Assembly (NCBI GenBank): GCA_028719205.1
Contig: JAQUKH010000026.1
Coordinates: 1-37,861 of the forward strand
DNA length: 37,861 nt
Origin: a bacterium
GTDB taxonomy: Bacteria; JACRDZ01; JAQUKH01
Direction: 5' to 3'
Under the pieces are notes generated by a model, which saw only the letters and a list, made by a program, of their open reading frames with translations, was not told the DNA's origin and ran no database searches. Shown piece by piece: positions 27,297 to 37,861 of this stretch (positions are counted from its first letter, which is position 1; the number at the start of each line of letters is the position of its first letter). A program made the position numbers and the translations under genes.

Positions 27297-27467
27297 ATGA
27301 GAAAAGAAAAATTAAATTTTAAATACATAAGAGAAAATAATCCAACCGAAATAATTAACAGTGATCTGGTATTTAAGGAAAGCCTGTTGAACATTATTTC
27401 CAGAATTCAGTCTGGAAAAATGAAATGGCATAAAATGTCTGCTGTAAAAGAGGCAATGATAAAATAG
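27297..27467 (+). CDS. Small hypothetical protein (56 aa), possible orphan antitoxin
   Basis: MRKEKLNFKYIRENNPTEIINSDLVFKESLLNIISRIQSGKMKWHKMSAVKEAMIK directly after the operator/promoter; no clear RBS. Confidence 0.4.
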   Translation: MRKEKLNFKYIRENNPTEIINSDLVFKESLLNIISRIQSGKMKWHKMSAVKEAMIK

Positions 27468-27511
27468 TCCATTTTGCTAATTGCGACAGATTTTCTTTAA
27501 TAATCCCCCAA

Positions 27512-27972
27512 ATGAAATCCAAATACAACCCCGATGTACATCACAGGAAATCATCGATGGATTTCAAATAATGCCGAACCATATTCATGGGATTATTATG
27601 ATTAATGTAGGGGCGCAATTCATTGCGCCCTGCCAATCGGTAATTAAACAACAGGGCGGTAAAAATCAGGGCGTGATGAATCACGCCCCTACAATTGGGG
27701 AAATTGTACGTTCGTTTAAGGCACGATGTACCCGTGCGATTAACAAAATTCATAATAATATAGATATACCTGTTTGGCAGCGAAATTATTACGAACACAT
27801 AATCCGCAATGAAATTGAATTAAATTCCATCCGGGAATATATTGTAAATAATCCATTGAAATGGCCGGATGATGAAAATAATCCGGATAACATTATGAAA
27901 TATTATCCGGTTTTAGTGGTAAAATATATAAAAATATTTAATATCACCTGCAGAAAAAATAACAGAAATTAA
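27512..27972 (+). pseudogene. Internally deleted, frameshifted RAYT transposase
   Basis: MKSKYNPDVHHRKS from ATG 27512 is joined out of frame at about 27551 to IDGFQIMPNHIHG...WQRNYYEHIIR...YIVNNP; about 59 codons are missing relative to 1628-2209. Confidence 0.88.
27607..27692. repeat. Inverted pair of GTAG-type REP hairpins inside the RAYT pseudogene
   Basis: GTAGGGGCGCAATTCATTGCGCCC (27607-27630) and GGGCGTGATGAATCACGCCCCTAC (27669-27692). Confidence 0.85.
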
Positions 27973-27976
27973 TCAT

Positions 27977-29614
27977 ATGCCTTTTTCATTTTTTGAAATT
28001 GAAGAGAATAAAAAACGAAAAATATTTTTTCTGTTTATTTTCTTGATTTGTTTTTATTTTATCGGGGCATGGTTATTGAGTGTTGTAATATTCGCGCCCA
28101 GGATACTGTTTTATTCATTCAGGATCTCCTTCTTTTCTGCAAATTATCTTCTTTCTATTTTTTCCGCCGCCTTTATAGCCGCGGTTCTTCACTGGAATAT
28201 TTCCAAAACATACGGCACTAAAAACATAATAAGCATTTTACGCGCGAATCCCCCGGATAAGGAGGATATGTACCACCGGGTGTTCATGAACGTCGTAGAA
28301 GAGGTTGGTATTGCCGCTGGCGGGAGAAAAATAGGCTGCGTAGTGCTTCCGATAATGGGAATGAACGCGTTTTCCGTGGATGATTTTAATAACCACGCGG
28401 TAATCGGCGTGACGGAAGGGCTTCTTTCGAAACTCAGCAGGGCTGAATTAGAGGCGGTTGTCGGCCATGAGGCTGCCCATATTGTTTCTCGGGATACGCT
28501 TTTAAAAACTATTGCGGTATCTCTTTTTTCTGTTTTTGGCGCAGTTTTTGAAAGGATGCGGAAAGCGATAATAATCGGGGTTAATCCGGAAGCAAGGAAA
28601 AAAGAAATTAATCCCCTCGTTCTGCTCATTTATTTAGTTTCAGGTTTCCTTTATTTAATGGGGAAATTTATAAGCATTTTTATTTCGCGGGAATGTGAAT
28701 ACCGCGCGGACGCGGTCGCGGTAAGGCTGGTAAGAGATCCGTTGAGTTTAGCCAGGGCGCTTTACCGGATAAATAAAGGATGGCGGGGAGGAGGTATAGG
28801 TTATGACGCCCTGGAATGCCTTTTTATTACAAACCCGAATTACAGCCGGCTGGATGAAAGCGAAGGATTTTTTGCTGATCTGTTTTCAACTCATCCTCCC
28901 ATAAGAAAGCGCCTGGATGTTTTATTGAATATGGCGCACAGCGATTTAAACAATATGGAAAAAGATATACAGGCCGCCTGTTCCGGGATCGTAAAACCGG
29001 ATGAATTGAAAATTATACCTTTGAAGGAACAAAAATGGTATATTGCGTTAAATGAATGGCAGGGCCCGTTTTCAACAATAGAACTTTTATCTTCGGGATT
29101 ATTGAAAATTGACAGTTTTGTAAAAAAAGAAGGGAATGAAAAGATCTTAATTGCCGGCAGTGAACCGGAGATTGCGGAAGCCGTCCGGCAACTTAATAAA
29201 GGATCCGGCGGATATATCTGTCCGCGCTGTTTTCAGGGCCTCGGAAAGTATTTATATGAAGGGGCGCCTATACATGTATGCGGTTCATGCAAGGGAGAAT
29301 TGCTTGAAGAAGATAAGGTAACGCGTATTTTGGTAAGGGAGAGGCAGGGTTTTTCTGATGAAATCAAAAGAAACGCGAAAATAATAGAGGAATCGGCGAA
29401 AAAAATATTTATCGATAAAAAGGTAAAAATGAAAAATGAATATGCGTGCCCTGGATGTAAAAAGGCCATGTCCCGGATTTTTTACAGCCTTGTTTATCCT
29501 ATCGAAATAGACAGGTGCTTCGAATGTAATTTAATATGGTTTGATAAAAATGAATTGGAAATGCTGCAGTATTTAACAGAAAAATATAGTTCTTCAATTT
29601 CACCGCTCGATTGA
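27977..29614 (+). CDS. HtpX-like M48 membrane metalloprotease with two C-terminal zinc ribbons
   Basis: TM helices, NAF, HEAAH, SRECEYRADA, STHPP; CPRC..CGSC and CPGC..CFEC. Confidence 0.88.
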   Translation: MPFSFFEIEENKKRKIFFLFIFLICFYFIGAWLLSVVIFAPRILFYSFRISFFSANYLLSIFSAAFIAAVLHWNISKTYGTKNIISILRANPPDKEDMYHRVFMNVVEEVGIAAGGRKIGCVVLPIMGMNAFSVDDFNNHAVIGVTEGLLSKLSRAELEAVVGHEAAHIVSRDTLLKTIAVSLFSVFGAVFERMRKAIIIGVNPEARKKEINPLVLLIYLVSGFLYLMGKFISIFISRECEYRADAVAVRLVRDPLSLARALYRINKGWRGGGIGYDALECLFITNPNYSRLDESEGFFADLFSTHPPIRKRLDVLLNMAHSDLNNMEKDIQAACSGIVKPDELKIIPLKEQKWYIALNEWQGPFSTIELLSSGLLKIDSFVKKEGNEKILIAGSEPEIAEAVRQLNKGSGGYICPRCFQGLGKYLYEGAPIHVCGSCKGELLEEDKVTRILVRERQGFSDEIKRNAKIIEESAKKIFIDKKVKMKNEYACPGCKKAMSRIFYSLVYPIEIDRCFECNLIWFDKNELEMLQYLTEKYSSSISPLD

Positions 29615-29639
29615 AAGATTTTTAAAAATAAAAAAATAA
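29602..29639 (+). repeat. Direct repeat B, copy 2 (supplies the M48 stop codon)
   Basis: ACCGCTCGATTGAAAGATTTTTAAAAATAAAAAAATAA. Confidence 0.9.
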
Positions 29640-29713
29640 GAAATATAAAAATTTTCTATCCTGATATATAATAATTATTATTCACAAAAATGAAACAATT
29701 ATACCCGGAGTAT

Positions 29714-30397
29714 ATGAAAAAAACATTTAAAAAGCTCATAATTTTTATTTTAATAGTTGCCGTAATATTACTGGTTGAATATTTATACTTCGGGAATTAT
29801 TTTACGTTAGAAAGCCTGAAAAATGACAAAGATTTCCTGCAAAATTATGTAAGCCAAAATTATTTATCATCCGTTTTTATTTACATAGCAATATACATTC
29901 TTTCAATATCATTTTTTGTCCCGGATACAGCTGTTCTTGTGCTGGCGGGAGGGTATCTGTTCGGTGTAATACCCTGCGCGATCTATGTGAATATTGCCGT
30001 GACGATCGGTTCGGGGATTGCGTTCCTTATTTGCCGGTATCTTTTCGGGGAATGGTGGCAGAAAATATATAAAGACAAACTGGTTGAATTTAATTATGAA
30101 GTGAACAAAAATGGATATTTGTATTTATTGACAATGAGATTAATGCCTGTTTTCCCTTATTTTCTTGTCAATATCCTGGCCGCGTTGACTACAATTCCGT
30201 TTATAACTTTTATCTGGACAACATCCGTCGGTATTTTACCTGGCACATTAATATACGCGTTTGCCGGCAGTCAGTTAAATACTATTTCATCATTAAAAGA
30301 TATTTTTTCGTTAAAGATCATATTTGCTTTTTCAATGTTAGCATTCCTCCCTTTTTTCTGCGCGGAAATAAAAAACCGGATGCATAAAAAAATATAG
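29714..30397 (+). CDS. TVP38/TMEM64 (DedA/VTT) membrane protein
   Basis: LAGGYLFG, MRLMPVFPYFLVN, GILPGT. Start placed after GGAG; 29690 is an alternative. Confidence 0.88.
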   Translation: MKKTFKKLIIFILIVAVILLVEYLYFGNYFTLESLKNDKDFLQNYVSQNYLSSVFIYIAIYILSISFFVPDTAVLVLAGGYLFGVIPCAIYVNIAVTIGSGIAFLICRYLFGEWWQKIYKDKLVEFNYEVNKNGYLYLLTMRLMPVFPYFLVNILAALTTIPFITFIWTTSVGILPGTLIYAFAGSQLNTISSLKDIFSLKIIFAFSMLAFLPFFCAEIKNRMHKKI

Positions 30398-30402
30398 AGA
30401 TA

Positions 30403-31323
30403 TCACGGCGGGCATTCCGCGCAAATCGAACGGAAAAGGCTGGTGGAAAGGTATCGGTCGCCTCGGTCAGGGAGCAAAACTACCACTGTGTCTGACGGGG
30501 AAAGATCAGAAGCTGCGTGTAACGCGGCGCACAACGCGGCGCCGCTGCTCATGCCGGAAAAAAGGCCTTCTTCCAGGGCCAGCCTGTTTGCCATCGCGTA
30601 TGCCGGGCGGTCCTCAACTGTTATTACCCTGTCCAGCCTGGCTCTTTCATATATTTTTGGAACGATGGATTCGGTCATATTTTTTAAACCCTGGATAGCG
30701 TGCCCTTTAATAGGTTCCGCGCCGATGATCTGGATCCTGGAATTAAATTCTTTCAACCTTCTGCCGACGCCCATTAGGGTCCCGGTAGTTCCCATTCCCG
30801 CTACAAACGCCGTTATTTCACCCTTGGTCTGTTTTAAGATTTCCGCGCCGGTCGATTCATAGTGGCTTAACCAGTTATCCGGATTTTCAAACTGGTTGGG
30901 CATAAAATATTTATCAGGATCTTCATTCATGATCCTATGTGCCTCTCTTATCGCGCCGTCCGTACCTTCTTTCGCGGGTGTAAGGACAAGTTCCGCCCCG
31001 TAAGCCAGCAGTATCTGCCTGCGTTCCATGCTTACGCATTCCGGCAGTGTTAATTTAGTTCTGTATCCTTTGCAGGCACAGATCATCGCTAAACCAATAC
31101 CTGTATTGCCGGATGTCGGTTCTAAAATAACCTTTCCCTGTTTCAGAAGCCCTTTTTTTTCCGCGCCGTTGATCATCCATAAAGCCGGGCGGTCTTTAAC
31201 CGAACCGCCGGGATTACTTCCTTCCAGTTTGGCCAGGATCCTCGCGCCTTTTTCAGGTTTGATCCGTTTAAGTTCAACGAGCGGTGTGTTGCCGATAGAT
31301 TCAAGCAAATGAGGAATTTTCAT
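30403..31323 (-). CDS. PLP-dependent cysteine synthase (CysM/CysK family)
   Basis: IGNTPLV, NPGGSVKDR, EPTSGNTG, GMGTTGT, PDRGDRYLS. Start placed at MKIPH after AAAGGA. Confidence 0.93.
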   Translation of the reverse strand: MKIPHLLESIGNTPLVELKRIKPEKGARILAKLEGSNPGGSVKDRPALWMINGAEKKGLLKQGKVILEPTSGNTGIGLAMICACKGYRTKLTLPECVSMERRQILLAYGAELVLTPAKEGTDGAIREAHRIMNEDPDKYFMPNQFENPDNWLSHYESTGAEILKQTKGEITAFVAGMGTTGTLMGVGRRLKEFNSRIQIIGAEPIKGHAIQGLKNMTESIVPKIYERARLDRVITVEDRPAYAMANRLALEEGLFSGMSSGAALCAALHAASDLSPSDTVVVLLPDRGDRYLSTSLFRSICAECPP

Positions 31324-31407
31324 ATTTATCCTTTGATATTTTTCAGGGAATAGTATACACCAGCTTGCCGGTATTTTTCCAGTTAAATGAGCAAATTTAT
31401 TCTCCCC

Positions 31408-31437
31408 TTGACAACTCCTTATTATCACCCATATAAT
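31408..31437 (+). promoter_or_regulatory. Sigma70 promoter for the MFS gene
   Basis: TTGACA, 18 bp spacer, TATAAT. Confidence 0.55.
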
Positions 31438-31467
31438 AATTTATAAATTAAAACTGGAATTATTCAA

Positions 31468-32772
31468 ATGGACCAGGAAAACAATAAAATAAATAAAACT
31501 TTAAAATTTTCATTTTTTGACGGGATATTCGCGAGCCTGATGACCGGTTTTACCAACGATTATTTTGTGCCTTTTCTGCTTGTGATAGGAGGAACAGCGA
31601 GATCGATAGGTATTCTCAGCGCGCTGCCGAATTTATTCGGCGCCCTGGCGCAGGCTAAAACCCCGGATATAGTTGAAAAGGTAAGATCCAGAAAAAAAAT
31701 AATAATTGGATTTGTTTTACTTCAGGCCTTAATGCTGCTTCCGGTCATATTTCTTGATCTCTTCGGAAAACTTAATCAGACATTATTTATTGCCTGTGTG
31801 ATTTTATTCACTTCTTTTAACGCGATCGCCTCTCCGGCCTGGGGCAGTTTAATGTCGGATCTGGTCCATGGGGATAAAAGAGGGTCGTATTTCGGATGGA
31901 GAAATAAAACGCTTGGTTTTATAACCGTTATCGCGAGTTTTGCCGCGGGGTACATTTTATATGTAATGAAAAATATTAATATCTTTGCCGGGTTTATTAT
32001 TATTTTCAGCGCGGCATTTATATTCAGGATGATCTCATGTTATTTTTTAACAAGAATGCATGAACCGCATTGCGAATATAAGGAAAAGGATTATTTTACC
32101 GTATTTGATTTCCTGGCGCGGGCCAGAGAAAGTAATTTCGCGAAATTTGTATTTTTTATTTCACTTATGAGTTTTTCAGTAAATCTATGTTCGCCTTTTT
32201 TTGCCGTGTTAATGTTAGAGGACCTGCATTTCAGTTATCTGATCTATATAATAGTTGTAAGTATGGCGAACCTTACGATCCATTTTATGACCGACCGCTG
32301 GGGCAGGCTGGCGGACAGGACCGGGAACCTCAGGATCCTTAAGTTCGTAACTCCTTTGATCGCGTTAGTGCCTCTATTATGGCTCATTAACCGCAGCCCT
32401 TTGTTTTTGATGGGAGCACAGATCTTCAGCGGGTTCGCGTGGGCGGGTTTTAATCTATGCGCCACTAATTTTATTTATGACGCGGTCAGCCCCGGAAAAA
32501 GGACCAGATGTATAGCGTATTTTAATATGTTTAACGGATTAGCTGTTTGCCTGGGCGCCCTGTTAGGCGGGTTTCTGATCCAGAAACTGCCTCCGCTTTT
32601 GGGATATAAAATTTTAACTATTGTATTGATATCATCTGTTTTAAGGCTTATAGTCGGTATCTTTATGCCGATGATGTTAAAAGAAGTAAAACCTGTTGAT
32701 GAAGTCAGCAATACCGACTTATTTTTCAGTGTAATCGGTATTAAAGCTGTTTTCAGGATAGGGGAGGATTAG
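31468..32772 (+). CDS. MFS transporter
   Basis: About 12 TM helices; WGRLADRTGN motif A. Confidence 0.9.
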   Translation: MDQENNKINKTLKFSFFDGIFASLMTGFTNDYFVPFLLVIGGTARSIGILSALPNLFGALAQAKTPDIVEKVRSRKKIIIGFVLLQALMLLPVIFLDLFGKLNQTLFIACVILFTSFNAIASPAWGSLMSDLVHGDKRGSYFGWRNKTLGFITVIASFAAGYILYVMKNINIFAGFIIIFSAAFIFRMISCYFLTRMHEPHCEYKEKDYFTVFDFLARARESNFAKFVFFISLMSFSVNLCSPFFAVLMLEDLHFSYLIYIIVVSMANLTIHFMTDRWGRLADRTGNLRILKFVTPLIALVPLLWLINRSPLFLMGAQIFSGFAWAGFNLCATNFIYDAVSPGKRTRCIAYFNMFNGLAVCLGALLGGFLIQKLPPLLGYKILTIVLISSVLRLIVGIFMPMMLKEVKPVDEVSNTDLFFSVIGIKAVFRIGED

Positions 32773-32776
32773 ATTT

Positions 32777-33679
32777 ATGAGAACTTTTAAATTAATATTT
32801 TCGCATATCTTAATTTTTTTACTGCTCTCAAACTTCAGCCTTTCCGCGCAGGAAAACCTGATAAATGAAAAGGTTTTTTCTGAAATTCAGCTGGCACAGC
32901 TCCGGTTTCAGCAGGAGTTATCTTTAATACAGGACAAATTACGTGAAGACAACGAACCCTTTTTGCTGATTCACGAGAAAAAAACGAAGGTTTCTTTTTT
33001 ATTGATACATGGTTTTACCGCGAGCCCGTGGGAAATGAGGGATCTGGGGCAGTATTTGCATGGCAAAGGATTCAACGTTTATGGAATGCTTCTTGATGGG
33101 CACGGGACAAAAGAAGAAGATTTATTAAATACAAAATGGGAAGACTGGTCTCAATCGGTTGAGGACGCGTATGAACTTACAAAACTTATCGGGGATGAGG
33201 TAATTGTTGTAGGTTTGTCAACAGGCGGTGACCTTGCCCTGCATTTGGCGGCCGGTAAACCTGAAGTATCCGGTGTGGTTTCACTCGCGAGCGCTATATT
33301 TTTCCAGGATTGGAAGATAAATTTCAGCGGGATAGGAAAATATTTTATGAAATATAATTTCAGGCCGCTGCCTCCGGTATTAAAACACTATTATTATGAG
33401 AACAGGGCGGTATCAGCGATATATGAAGTGTATAAATTAAGCGGTGTTGTAAAAAAAGAACTGAAAAATATCTCGCAGCCGGTTTTGATCATCCAATCTA
33501 AGAATGATGGAACGATCAAACCGGAAAGTTCAGAATATATTTATAAAAATGTAACTTCAAAAAATAAAAAATTGATCTTTTTAGAGAATAGCCCCCACGT
33601 CCTTACCACGATTGAAAATCCTAAGCAAAATGAGGTGTTTGAGACTATTAATTACTGGGTGGAAAACCTTAAATTTTAA
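32777..33679 (+). CDS. Exported alpha/beta-hydrolase (carboxylesterase/monoacylglycerol-lipase-like)
   Basis: Signal peptide; LIHGFTASP, GLSTGG nucleophile elbow, SKND, SPH. Confidence 0.88.
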   Translation: MRTFKLIFSHILIFLLLSNFSLSAQENLINEKVFSEIQLAQLRFQQELSLIQDKLREDNEPFLLIHEKKTKVSFLLIHGFTASPWEMRDLGQYLHGKGFNVYGMLLDGHGTKEEDLLNTKWEDWSQSVEDAYELTKLIGDEVIVVGLSTGGDLALHLAAGKPEVSGVVSLASAIFFQDWKINFSGIGKYFMKYNFRPLPPVLKHYYYENRAVSAIYEVYKLSGVVKKELKNISQPVLIIQSKNDGTIKPESSEYIYKNVTSKNKKLIFLENSPHVLTTIENPKQNEVFETINYWVENLKF

Positions 33680-33737
33680 TCAAAATTCACCTTTCAGAAA
33701 ATATCCCAAATTGCCGATAATACTGAATAATTAGCTA

Positions 33738-35107
<1,370 letters not shown>

Positions 35108-35111
35108 ATGA

Positions 35112-35172
35112 GACCACAACTTAGCAGGCTAAGTTGTCTGGTCGAATTTATCCCGATGTAACATCGGGATAA
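35112..35172. repeat. Two adjacent intergenic palindromes
   Basis: GACC-ACAACTTAGC-AG-GCTAAGTTGT-CT-GGTC and the perfect TTATCCCGATGT-A-ACATCGGGATAA. Confidence 0.8.
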
Positions 35173-35194
35173 TGTTCTCTTTGAAGGAGATTAA

Positions 35195-37597
<2,403 letters not shown>

Positions 37598-37610
37598 ATT
37601 GAGGAGAATC

Positions 37611-37861
37611 ATGTATTCCAAAGGCGAAAGAGTAGTTCCGATAAATATTGAAGATGAAATGCGTAGTTCGTATATTGATTACGCTATGAGCGTTATTATA
37701 GGAAGAGCGTTGCCGGATGTCCGTGACGGGCTGACACCGGTGCATCGCAGGATCCTGCATTCAATGAATGAGGCGGGGATCGTTCATAGTAAACCGTACA
37801 AAAAAAGCGCGAGGGTCGTTGGAGATGTTTTAGGTAAATACCATCCGCATGGAGATATGGC
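37611..37861 (+). CDS. gyrA: DNA gyrase subunit A, 5' part (truncated by window end)
   Basis: [47 protein letters not shown]...[28 protein letters not shown]. Confidence 0.97.
   Translation, partial: MYSKGERVVPINIEDEMRSSYIDYAMSVIIGRALPDVRDGLTPVHRRILHSMNEAGIVHSKPYKKSARVVGDVLGKYHPHGDM

Noticed and set aside
27481-27550. N-terminus of the called 163 aa ORF (TTG start)
   Set aside because: An artefact of the frameshift; the RAYT N-terminus is in another frame from ATG 27512.

Overview
Chromosomal window from a low-GC, probably diderm anaerobic bacterium. Core genes (rluA-type 3' end, ndh, modABC, recN, lysA, cysteine synthase, eno, gyrB, 5' end of gyrA) are interleaved with accessory DNA. That DNA includes: a Panacea/RelE-type toxin-antitoxin pair coupled to a RAYT transposase; an NHL protein next to a secreted hexaheme c-type cytochrome fused to 20 ankyrin repeats; a secreted protein with 22 ankyrin repeats and a C-terminal serpin; a subtilase preceded by a riboswitch-like structured leader; and a very AT-rich putative defence island (three hypothetical genes plus an Mrr-type nuclease) bracketed by GTAG REP hairpins. 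The least explained signal is that two separate cargo blocks each sit between near-identical copies of the 3' end of the small Cys-rich gene upstream (35 bp and 38 bp), with a weaker third case at recN and no integrase in the window. All family assignments come from motif recognition by eye; no database searches were run.
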